Of a stretch of DNA of 64,000 nt, positions 47,480-58,884 are shown one piece after another. Made by a program: the position numbers and the translations under genes. Within the stretch, counting starts at the first letter, position 1. Every line of letters begins with the position of its first letter. Below the pieces are notes generated by a model. The model was not told the origin of the DNA. It saw only the letters and a list, made by a program, of their open reading frames with translations, and did not search any database. Source of the DNA: Peribolospora baueri (taxonomy: Eukaryota); the NCBI GenBank assembly GCA_029717555.1, contig JAMDHS010000104.1, positions 1 through 64,000 on the forward strand, read 5' to 3'.

Positions 47480-48771
47480 ATGAAGCTCCTCACCTCCCTC
47501 CCCGCTCTTGCCCTCCTCCTCGCCTCCTCTGCCGGCACGGTCCTCGCCGAGCGCGAGCCCCCGGAGAACCTGCAGATCGGCGTCAAGAACAAGCCTGAAG
47601 CCTGCTCGCTTAAGAGCAAGAAAGGCGACCAGGTGGGTAGGCCGTCAGGCGGCTTTGTATTCGGTCTTATCTGCTGTGTCCTTGGCCCTCGGCGCTGCGT
47701 GGAGAGGATGCTCAGTCCGTAACGGCGAGCTGACGGGATTATGGTCTCCCATGCTGCTCGCTTCATGCACGCCTCGGTCCACACAGCTCTCCAGTGAGTA
47801 GCTGACGTCTCCTCCAGGGTTCTTCACCGGCTTCCCTCCTCGCTCGATTTTCTCTCACCCTTCCTTCTACCCGTCCCTTTCAACTCGCTGCCTTCTCGCA
47901 GTGCACTACACGGGCAAGCTCTGGGACGGCGAAAAGTTCGACTCCAGCCTCGACCGAGGGCAGCCATTCCAGTTCACGCGTAAGTTGCTCCAGTCTACCG
48001 CTCCCACTCGTCCAAATCCTCGTAGAAAAAAGCCCATTTCGTAATGCCCCTTGCTTGCATGCGCATGGTCGCCCCGTGGCCTGACGTCCCCCGCTCGCTC
48101 AACGTTCTGCTCGGCCACGCGATCAGTCGGCACTGGACAAGTGATCAAGGGATGGGATCAGGGGCTCCAGGACATGTGTATCGGCGAGAAGCGCAAGCTG
48201 CAGATCCCGCCCGAGCTTGGTTATGGTGAGATGAAGGGTCCCTCTTCTTACTCTGTTTTGCTTGAGTGGGTTAGGTTTGGCTGGCCACCAAGTTCATCGT
48301 CGGCCCGGCATTTCCCCTGCGTATTCAGGTTCGCGCGGCGCGGGTGGAAAGATCCCCGGTGGAGCGACACTCGTGTTCGACGTCGAGCTCCTGGCTATCA
48401 ATGGACAGGACCAGGACCCGGCGGCCACCTCGGCCTCGTCTTCCGCGACGACGTCCGCCACTCCCGTCCCTCCGGCACCGGGTGTCGTGGTTGAAACAGA
48501 CGAAAAGGGTGACGCGCACCTCGAGTTCATTGTCGATCCGGTGACCGGCGCAAAGGTGGAGATCGACCCCAAGACGGGCAAGCCGAAGATCGAAGTGGAG
48601 CCGGAGGAGGGCGTCAAAGTGGAGATGGACCCGGAGACGGGCGAGACCAAGGTCGTGGTGGACGAGAGCAAGGTCCGCAAGCCCGTCGTTATCGCGGAGG
48701 AGGAAGTCGTCGTGGAGGAGGACACCACCGAGCCTCAGGCGACCGCCGCTAAGCCGAGGGACGAGCTTTGA
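47480..48771 (+). CDS. FPR2: ER-resident FKBP-type peptidyl-prolyl isomerase with acidic extension and RDEL
   Basis: Signal peptide, [78 protein letters not shown], and C-terminal RDEL. Confidence 0.93.
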
Positions 48772-49097
48772 TTTCTGTACGAGCGTGCCAACGCGGCGGG
48801 TCTGCGTCGCGCGGTCGGTGGTGCGTGCACGCATTCAGTTGTGAACGTGGGGCGAAACGAGCAATGGGATTCCCAGTTTTCGAGTCAAAAGGAGAACCCG
48901 ATGTTCCAGTCCTCCGCCATGCGATGCGACCACGCTAGATCCGCCTAAGAACAGATTCATCCAGCGCTCTCGCCTTCTCAGGACGAATGACAGCCATGTT
49001 TTTTTGGGGACCGGGGAGAGGAGACGGATGCGTTCACATGCGATACATTCCAACCTGGAGCGAAGAAAACGCTAGCGAATAAGATTGGAAGCATACA

Positions 49098-49778
49098 TCA
49101 TGCTTCTGGCCCTTCGCCGCCTGGGATGAGCTGTAAAAGGGCGGTTGAAAAACGTAAGGGATGAGTGAAAGGATGAGAGACTGAGACAACACCCTCGAAG
49201 TGGCCGGCTCTATGCTTACGAGGCAGATGTTGTTGCCGTTCAAGAGCGTCTGCCCGAGCTTCGTCTTTTTTCGTCCTGTTGGCGTGTTTTCGCTATGGAC
49301 GGGAACGAAGATGGAGATGGACACACGAGGTAGAAAGCGTGAGCCGTGCCCTCATGAGCCCGGAGCTGGGGAGTGGGATCGTCGGATGCAGTCGGTCTGG
49401 GAACTCACTACTCTGTCACATCTTCGAGTACCATATCTGCGAGGGAGGCAAAACGCGGGGCGGGATGAAAGAAGGACGGTCAGGCATCGGTGCCCATCGA
49501 CCGGGTCTTCGTCCACCTCCCTGGAGCGCCACTGTCTACTTACTGACGAAATCGTCAAAGCCCAAGAGCGTGCCGGTAAATTCCCTCTCCGACTTCATCA
49601 CCACCCAGATCTTCGAGCCGATACATCGGTCGATAAGCTCTGCGGAGGGGGCGAATATTGAAGAGACAGGCGGACGACGGGACAAGGGTCTCGGTCAGAT
49701 TACTTCGGAACTGGCATGTGAAGTGCTGAGGAGCGCCATAGACTCACCCAGAGGGAGGACCTGCGACGCGGCGGCCAT
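49098..49778 (-). CDS. LSM5: U6 snRNA-associated Sm-like protein Lsm5, 5 exons
   Basis: [86 protein letters not shown]. Confidence 0.95.
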
Positions 49779-49931
49779 GATGACGGCGATGATGGATGGA
49801 GGGAACGACTTCTCGACTTGAGGGACTTGGGTGGACATCGGCTGCCGCAGTCGATCAGGCGCCTGACCAAGTCAGACCTCGCTCGTCTTCGTCTTCCCCT
49901 TCACAACACAAGTCGACTAACTCACTCACGA

Positions 49932-52678
49932 ATGGAGGCACCCGATGGCCAAGGCATTCCCAAGGGCGCGGGGGACGGCGGCCGCCATCCTCTGCTCTCC
50001 AAGCCCTTGTACGTCTTTGGCCTGCCAACCGACGTCCTTCAAACTGTCTCGTTGCGCTCCATAGACGTCCCGGTGGCGCTCCCTTCTTCCTCGTCCAACA
50101 GCGCTTCCCAAGCAGCGCTTGGAGATGGAGCGAGGCTGGAGAAGGAGGATGTAGTTCCCTCGCCCGCCGCTGTGTCCGCGGCGCTCGAGCTCCCATCCGA
50201 AGGCATACAAAAGCCGTTGCCTTCCGGCAGGTACACCTGCAACGTTTGCGCCGACGCCTCGTTCCAGGACCTTGATGAGCAGCGTGCACACTTTCGGACC
50301 GACTGGCACCGGTACAATCTCAACCTCAAGATTGGTAGAAGTAAGGGAGGAAAGAGTGCGAGGGACGGGAGCAAGCCAGTTACGGAGGAGGAATTCGAGA
50401 GACTTGTGGAAGGTACGTGGCGGGATTCTGCCGGCTGCTCATTGGGAGAGTTTCCAAGGCATCCACAGTCCTGACTCTAACTTGTCTTTGTTTTGCCCCC
50501 ATTTCACAGGGTTGGAGGACTCCCTATCAGGGTCAGCATCGGACTCCTCCGACGCCTCCACGTCCTCTAGAGATGCAGTGTCGACACTCCTCTCCCGCAC
50601 GTCGTTGTCCCGAAGAAAAGATGATGGCAATGTCTCCGACGAGGAAGAGGAATCCTCACGCCTACGTGCGCACGCGCGGTCGCCTCTTCTGTGGTTCACG
50701 TCTACATTTCTCCCTCAGACGCAGCTGGGCGTCTACCGAGCTCTTCTGGACGAGGAAAGCGGTAACGCCGCGCTGAGCAAGGATGAATACGCTCGCCTGC
50801 TTCTTAGGTTGCAATATCCGCCCCTGGAGAAGCCCGGACGAGCGAGATGGGGCGGTCGCACACTCAAGGGTGTGGATGCTGGCGCCCTGGGCATGCGAGT
50901 CGTTGACGGGGAGGGGATGATGCAATCCTCCGACGGATCCGACTCGCCTTCCGAGGATGGCAACCGGGACGATTCCAAGATGGATCGACTTGACGAGACT
51001 GCGGCGATGCGCTCCATGCGTTGCTGGACGCTCATCATGATGGGTGGCGGACATTTCGCTGGCATGGTGATCGGACTGATGCCGCGCGTGAGCGGTGGTG
51101 GGACGAACAAGAAGGGAAAGGCCAAGCAGGAAGATAAAGAATTGGTCGTGCTGAGGCACAAGACTTTTCACCGTTATACTAGTGAGTTCGGAGATTATAT
51201 GGCATACACCATTTGCATTTCGTCTTCCATGTTGACATTCACCCTGCCCTGCGCTTCCTTGCAGCTCGACGAAAACAGGGTGGGGCCCAGTCGGCGTTGG
51301 ACGCTGCGAAGGGGCCAGCGAAATCGGCGGGCGCGAACCTGCGACGGTACAACGAGCAAGCGCTGGCCGACGAGGTGCGAGAGCTGTTAGAAGACTGGCG
51401 TGAGCTTGTCGGTCGCTCGGAGCGTGTCTTCATCAGGGCTGGCAGTTCGAACAGGAAGGCGCTGTTCAATTACGAGGATGCTGTCATTGATAAAAGTGAG
51501 CCCGTTTTCCGTCTTGCCCTGGCGTCAACAATTCTAGGCTGATATTTTGCGACGCGACGCGTCTTTTGTCGCTTACAGAGGATCCGAGGATTCGTGGGTT
51601 CCCTTTTCCAACCCGACGACCGGTGAGTGAGCTGTTTACCGTTTGAGCCGCGTTGCATATCATCCTTGGCTGCCCTTTCTGACATTTTGTTTACGCCTGA
51701 TCCTTCTGACAGACACTGAACGAACTAATGCGATGCTTCATCGAGCTCACTCGTGTCAAGGTGACGCACCTCTCCGAAGAAGAGCTTCGCGCCCTCGATG
51801 ATGAGTACCTCGCTTCAATCGCACCCAAATCCAAGCCGGTCCAGCCCTCGGCTGCGCCGCCTCCGAAACCGATAATGCCAGCGGCTGCCAGACTGAGTAA
51901 GGAGGAAGAAGCGCGACGGGAGCGGTTCCGACGTCTGTTGGATATGGTCCGAAAGGGAAGGCTGGACGCGATGGTCGCATTTCTGGAGAAGCACGAACAG
52001 GAACTGCTAGGAGAAGATGCCGAAGGCGGCCTCGAGGTCAACCCGACGATCGACAGGCGCCTGCCAGAATGGTTGAGAGAGGAGGAGGCCGCCGACGTCG
52101 GGAATTTGCTGCAGCTGGCCGTTTCCGTCGATCAACCTGAGGTGGTGCGCTATCTGCTCGTCGAACGGCGCGCGGATCCGACCGTCACGGTACCGACTCG
52201 AGGCGACGGTGCCGGGTCGCATCGAACGGCGTACGACCTCGCCAAATCAAAGGAGACTCGCAACGTCTTTCGCCGGCTCATGGCGGAGCATCCTGACTGG
52301 TACGATTGGGCTGGAATGGGTCCAGGCGGGGCTAGGGTGCCAAGCGCGCTGACGAGCGAGATGGAGGAGTCCAAAGGCACCAAGGAGAAGGAGCGGAAGA
52401 AGACGTTGAGGGAGAAGATGAAGGAGCGCGAGCGCGAGAGAGCGGCCAAGACGCCGCCTCCTCCGCCTGAGCGCACACCTGAGGCGCTGCCACCTCAGCC
52501 AGAGGTTGCGTCCCCATTGGCCGGGCCGAGGAGACTCGGCGGCGGTCCGAAGAGCGCGATGGGCAGCGCTGCTGTGGACACCGCCGCAGGTGTGACGCCC
52601 GAAATGAGGATGCGCATTGAGAGGGAGAAGAGGGCGAGGGCTGCGGAGGCTAGGATGAAGGCCCTGGGTCAGCGATGA
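49932..52678 (+). CDS. VMS1: Vms1/ANKZF1 ribosome quality-control factor (C2H2 ZnF, VLRF1, ankyrin, VIM), multi-exon
   Basis: CNVC...QRAHFRTDWHRYNL, MGGGHFAG, HKTFHRYT, RRKQGGAQS, SAGANLRRYNEQAL, FPFPTRRPT, and C-terminal REKRARAAEARM. Confidence 0.95.
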
Positions 52679-52954
52679 AGCGCGAGGCGGCGTCGATGCA
52701 TATTCCGAGTTGTCCTGCTACGACTTCTTGCTTACGCATGATAGCATTGGTAGAACCACGTCTGCAAAAAGTCTGAAGAGTGCCACCCATCTTGGGGAGA
52801 GAGAGTGCCGGTCAAGAGACAGGATGGACGAACTGCTGCGGCGAGGAGGAGGACCGGCTAGATCCGGCCGGCGATCAAGCATGTGCGTTCCGTCCCCCGC
52901 AAGGCCACCTTGATTCCTTCTTCCCTCCCTCCTCCATCTTGTACGCCCACCACC

Positions 52955-54440
52955 ATGCTCGCACCCCTCCTTCGGCCCTCCCCCACCGCCCTGCGCTCCT
53001 CCTTCTCGCGCAGGGCACCCGCCTTGTCCGCTCTCACTGCTGCCTCGCGCGCCTTCTCCTCCTCCCGGACCGCTCTGGCACCCAACACGCTGCTCTTCAT
53101 CGAGCATCGCAAGGGTCAGATCAACCCCGCCACCCTATCCGCCCTCTCGGCAACGCAGAAGCTCGGCGGAAATGTGACAGGCGTCGTTGTCGGTGACGAG
53201 GGGCAGAAAGGGATTGTTGAGGCTGCGAAGAAGTGAGTTCCTCCCGCAGGGCACCTGCTATGGAGAAAAAGGACCTCTAGACGCTCTATTCGTGACGACC
53301 ACCTGACACTCCCGCCTTCCCTTTTGCTTGCAGACTTCCCGGCCTCTCCAAGCTCCTTTACTCCATCTCACCCAAGTATGCAACTCTGGCGTCCGAGCCC
53401 CTTGCGCCTCTGTTCCAGAGCATCCTCTCCTCTTCTACGCCGTACACCCACTTTGTCGGTGCCCACACTGCCGTGGGCAAGGACGTCTTCCCACGTGTAG
53501 CCGCCCTGCTCGACGTCGCCCAAATCAGCGACATTGTCGGAATCGATGAGGGCGGCAGTGAGGGCGATACGTTTGTCAGGCCCATCTACGCCGGCAACGC
53601 GATCGCCACGGTCAAGAGCAGCGACAAGATCAAGGTGTTCACCGTTCGTGGCACCGCCTTCGACAAGGCGGCCACTGAGGGAGGAAGCGCAGACGCAGAG
53701 GAAGTGAAGCCCGTTGACGCTGATGGTAGGTTTACTTCCCGTCTCGTGGGTCGATTTGTCTTGTTTTAACCTCGCCATACCATATTCCCGCCTCATTTTT
53801 GCTCCTGTCTCCCTTTAGCTCCCACCGAGTTCGTGTCCGAGTCCGTCACCACCACCTCCCGACCCGATCTTGCCACGGCCCCTCGTGTAGTCTCCGGCGG
53901 ACGGGCGCTCAAGTCCGCGGAGAACTTTGACAAGTACCTCTACCCTCTCGCCGATGCCATCGGCGCCGCCGTCGGTGCTTCTCGTGCGGCCGTCGATGCC
54001 GGTTACGCGGACAACAGCCTTCAAGTTGGCCAGACCGGCAAGATCGTCGCCCCGGAACTGTACATGGCCATTGGCATTAGCGGTGCAATCCAGCACCTGG
54101 CAGGAATGAAGGACAGCAAGACGATCGTCGCTATCAACAAGGTGAGCCGGTGCCCCTGCGTGGTTGTGCAATGCATGCGTGTTATTTTGCCGAGTCGACT
54201 TGACGCAAACTCGTCTATCTACCACCACCGCCGCCTTCCCGATGCGTTTGTCTGTGCGTGCAGGACGCCGACGCGCCCATCTTCCAGGTAGCGGTACGTG
54301 TCATTATAAGCCACCTCGTCGCTTCGCTTTGCCAGGGCGTTCGGCTGAATTGCGTTTTGCCTTTCTCTCATTAGGACATCGGCCTCGTCGCGGACCTCTA
54401 CGAAGCTGTGCCAGAGTTGACGGAGAAATTGAAGAAGTAG
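52955..54440 (+). CDS. ETFA: Mitochondrial electron transfer flavoprotein alpha subunit, multi-exon
   Basis: Presequence, [64 protein letters not shown] and [16 protein letters not shown]. Confidence 0.96.
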
Positions 54441-54676
54441 AGCGCGCGATGCGTCCACATGCGAATTTCCTTCACCTCTCTCTTTCGTCATCGATCATGG
54501 CGTCTGTAGTCTATGGAAGCGGGAGTTCGTTGAGTCCGATAAAGCTTCAAAGCAGGGCGAGCAGCTCTGCGTGTGTTTTAGATTGCGATGGGCGCTGACG
54601 ACGGACAAGGAATCCAATCCAGCGCGCGAAACCTGGTGCACACTGAACACCTTCTCATGTCACCCTGGTCCTGCGC

Positions 54677-57313
54677 TCACAGCTCCTCCTCCTCGTCGTC
54701 TGTTGCATGAAAAAAAAAATGCCAATGTCAGCATGCGAATATGACGTCTGTGCCACGAAGCATGGCACGGCCTCGTCGAAGACACTCACCGCCAGCAGGC
54801 AAGCCCAACGTCCCCGCGCCGAACGTGATCGTTCCGGCATCGCTCACGCCGCCGAGCGTCTCGTCATTCTCATCGTCCGCGCCGTCGCCACTCGTCTCCG
54901 CGTCCAACCTCGTCCTTGCCCCGTCCGCGAGCCGACCTGCGCCGTCTTCGTCGTCGAGCATCATCATCGTCTCCATCCCTTGCGCCAAACCGGCGCCCAC
55001 CTTCTCTCGACGCTTCTTCTCCTTCTTCGCCTTGCGTCGCTGTGCGCCCTTCGCGGATGACATGAGCTCAAGCTCGGCGGGAGAGAACATGCGGGACATT
55101 TGAGCGGACTGGGAGGACGTTTTGGCCGTGATGGAGGAGGGAGCGGGGAAGCGGGGAGGGAGAGAGACGACGGAACCGGGGAGGGAGGACCCGCCGTTCA
55201 TGAGAGGGGTGTCCGTAGTCGAGACGGACATGGAGCGTTTTCGCTTCTGTCCGTTGACCGCCTCGTCCTCCACGTCATCCTCCATCATCGGTTCTCCATC
55301 CCCGTTGAGGAGAGCGCCGCTCCCTTGAAGGGCGTGAGCGTCCGCTTCGCCCAGCAAGGCGGCCAGATCGAACGCCTCGCCAAAGGAAGACACCACGCTC
55401 ATTCCAGCCTCGCCTGCTGTAGATGCATCGGCCACGTCCTCGCCTTGGCCGGCCGATAAAGCGCGTGTCGCAGAAGGGTGCGCGGCCGGGGGAACCGTGT
55501 AATAGGCTATTCGGCCCGTGTTCCAGTCGCGAAGGATGGATCGCGCGGTCGCTGAGATGTCCGGAACGCCGCCCTACGGAAAGAAGAGGAAACGATAAGT
55601 CACGACAATCGCGATCCTCTGTCAGTAAATCAAGGCCGAAAAGCCGACGAGACGAGGCGCACCTTCCCAAGCCTCCCTCGGCCCAAAGCCACGCTGACCA
55701 AAAAGTCTTGCACGTCCCCAGCTTTGAAGCCGTCGATGCCGTACAATCTGCACAAGTGCTCCGCATCCACCCGATCCAGTATCGCGTCCACTGATATATA
55801 GGACAGGGGCAAGAAATTACGCGGGCAACGTCAGCATGAGCGCAGCCGCACAAGTCGTCGACTCCATTTCCTGTGCTCACCCGGCGCGATCGGGTCCTCG
55901 ACCAGCTCAACCTTGACGACGTTGCGAAGCAGCCTTTCTCTCGCTCTCCTCGCTCTCGCCTCCTCTCCCTCCCCCGAGACGTCCATGGCCGCTTCGTCCA
56001 TGAACACGATACCCGGACAGTCGACGAGCTTCAAACCCTTGTCCAGCACCACGGACTGCGCCACCTTGGTGTGTCCCGGCGTGCTAGCCACCCCGCACAC
56101 CTTTGCGCGTTTGAGTGAATTGATGAGGGACGACTTGCCGACGTTGGGCATGCCGAACACGCCGACGGAGAGGGACGTCTTGAGGTTGGACTTGCCGTGT
56201 CGGGAGTAGTTTTTGAGAAGCTGAACGAGCGCGTCGGCTCCGAGGGCTTCCGAGGCGCCGAGATTGGTCGACGTCGAGGTGCTGGCAGAAGATTGGGAGA
56301 GATGGGTGCGCTGCTGCTGGGTGGAGGATTTGAAGGCGAGCGTGGGGAAGTCATTGCGGAGGTACTTGAGCCAAGCCTCAACGTTTTGTCGGGGCACGAG
56401 GTCTAGGAGATCGGCCGGCCGGGGGCGCCGAAAGAGCAGGGTAAGACGGAGGCGATGAGTGAAAGACGAGGATGGGGCGACTGAGCGACAAGGAGGAAAG
56501 GAGGGTACGAAGGAGACGCGCACCAATCTTGTTCAAAACCAAGATGACCTTCTTCCCTTCCCTCATCACCAGCCGCTCCGTCTCTCTGCTCCTGCACCCG
56601 AGCGGATCCCTAGCATCGAGCACCTCGATGAGCACATCGGCCAGGTCGAGCACCTTGCGAAACTCGCGCATGTACGCCTTGAGGCTCGAATCCCTTCGTC
56701 CCGTGAGCGTATCATCAAGGGGAACGTCGAGGACGGAAGAGGAGACGGAGGTGGAGGCGAAATCAAAGGTGGAGGAGGAAGGTACGGCGGAGGCGAGGGC
56801 GGCGATGGAGGAAGAGAGGGTAGCGGCGGCAGCGGCTGGTGCGGGGGTCATTTCCGTGTCCATCTCTTCTTCGTCTAAACGACGTCGTTTCTGTTGCACT
56901 CCGTTCATCTGCGGAGCGGCGCAAAAAAAAGAGATAGCCGTCACTTCAAGTGAGGCGGCCTGCTCACCATCGTCGCCGGCCCGGTGCGACAACGGGCATG
57001 AAAATGGGTGCGCACCTTAGCCATCTTGCGATCTGCGGCGGCAGCCATCTGACTGCGATTATTTTTGAACGCTGGGATGCCCGGATCCTTCTTGAGGCCT
57101 GAAAAGGCGGAACAGAAGGGACAAGTTGAGTTGGTCGCTCGACTCGCCGCTTGCGACACAGGAAGCTGCGTTCGCTCACTCGACCTCGAAGGCGGCGCGC
57201 CTGGCCGGTTCTTGCCAGTCTCTGAGAGGCGGGAAGAAAAATGCGTGCCGTCAGCCGATGGCTCTGTCTGACCGCACCGTTGATCCCACCGAGCTCTCAC
57301 TGTTCCTGCCCAT
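54677..57313 (-). CDS. NUG1: Nucleolar circularly permuted GTPase (Nug1/Grn1/GNL3-like), multi-exon
   Basis: [77 protein letters not shown] and DWNTGRI. Confidence 0.92.
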
Positions 57314-57713
57314 ATCGTGCGCGGTGAATGGTGTGAGTGACAATGAACGTGAGCCCCCTCCGCCGACCTTGCTAGGCCTTACTTGCTACAGCTTCTCGCG
57401 TCGCCGCAGCAAGTTGGCCGCAAAATGTGAGCGGACGGCGTAGCACGGCGGTAGACGGAGATGCGCCCATATGATGTGGTTAGGTGGCACGGGCCGCCTT
57501 TGGCTCTGACCATCCCTCTCCATCCATCTCTGCGAGGACATGCGTGCAACAAGTTCATTACGGGATGGCAGGGGAGGAGGGCGGGAAGGAAATGTCCACT
57601 ACCGAATCGTGCACGGCATAAAGTACATCCAGTGGCGGTCAAGAACGATTACGAAGGGGGACATCAAGAAAAGAGAGAGAGAGAGAGAGAGAGTATACGG
57701 GCGGCTCGGTCGG

Positions 57714-58484
57714 TCAGTAGGCGATCGTGACGGTCTGTCCCTTCCACTTGTCCTTTTCCTCCAGCCCTGGGCGCGGAAGGCACTGGCTGAAGATGAAATG
57801 TCCCACGTCCGCACGAGACACGGGCCACGCTGACGGGAGACGATGGGCGAGTCCATGGGCGAGTCTGTACTCGCCCAACGCCGCGCCGTTCTTGAGAAGC
57901 GCCGGGCGCACGACGATGACGTCGGTCAGCGTGGGTCGGGTTTCGGACGATGGGGTCGGGTTCAATTCTTGGTCCTCTATTCCCGCGCGTTCGAAGAGCA
58001 GCTGTTCCATGACCTTTAGGAGAGAAGTGCGGTGTTGGTGGTCGTCGCCGTGCGTTAGCAGATTGGGGACGAATGGCGATGAGCAGGAGGGACTGGAGGG
58101 CCCGCATGACTTACCCGCTTGTCCTCGTGGACGTCGTGCAAGTAATAGCCGCAAAGCGGCTTGATCATGCAAGGCAGGACGTCGTGCTGTGCGTTGCCGA
58201 TACCGTTGGACGTGATGGCGACCAGGCGGGGCTGAGGGCTCTGAGGGAAGCGGGCCAAGACGTCGACGAGGTTGCTCGCGGTGCGCGCGCAAAGCTGTGG
58301 TGGCGCGAGTTTGGGCGCACCCAACGGGTTCCAGCCAAAGTCGAGGCGTCCGCCGACGCCGAACACGACGGCGTCGATGGGCCCGGGGATGGAGCTGACG
58401 GCCTGATCGAAGAGGCGTTGGACCTCGTCCTGCTTCAAAGCGTCTCCCTCGACTATGTGAAGCGACTCGTGCTGCCCGCCGTCT
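57714..58484 (-). CDS. NAD(P)-binding oxidoreductase (flavin reductase/BLVRB-like); N-terminus not resolved
   Basis: IVEGDALKQDEV, IDAVVFGVGG, RLVAITSNG, VHEDK|.VMEQL, VVRPALL.NG and VSRADVGHFI. Confidence 0.7.
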   Translation of the reverse strand, partial: RRRAARVASHSRGRRFEAGRGPTPLRSGRQLHPRAHRRRRVRRRRTPRLWLEPVGCAQTRATTALRAHREQPRRRLGPLPSEPSAPPGRHHVQRYRQRTARRPALHDQAALRLLLARRPRGQAGKSCGPSSPSCSSPFVPNLLTHGDDHQHRTSLLKVMEQLLFERAGIEDQELNPTPSSETRPTLTDVIVVRPALLKNGAALGEYRLAHGLAHRLPSAWPVSRADVGHFIFSQCLPRPGLEEKDKWKGQTVTIAY

Positions 58485-58884
58485 ATCGCCCACACCACCA
58501 CCGCGTTAAGCACACAAGATTATCTGCTGGTGGAAGCTGACGTGGCCCGCTAGATCGGCGCCCGTGCACCGTTTCCTTCTCCATGCACCCCACCCTGCTC
58601 CTCATCTCCCCAGCACCAAGTGTCGTTGGGCGTGCCGAGGGTACACGTCTCCGCGCGCGCACGGACGAATGAACAAGGGCACGGGCGTCCGTACATTCCA
58701 GGTGGATACTTCGTCTTCGTACATCGCGAAGACGGTCGGCCCAGTACGGACGTAGGCGTACAGGAGTCGACACAGACATATCCAGAAGTGCGAGCACGTT
58801 TATCCACCCATCCATCCTTTGAGCTGGTCCAGTGGTCATATCCGTAGTCCCGTAACAGCGAGCGACGCGACGCGATGCGGTCGC

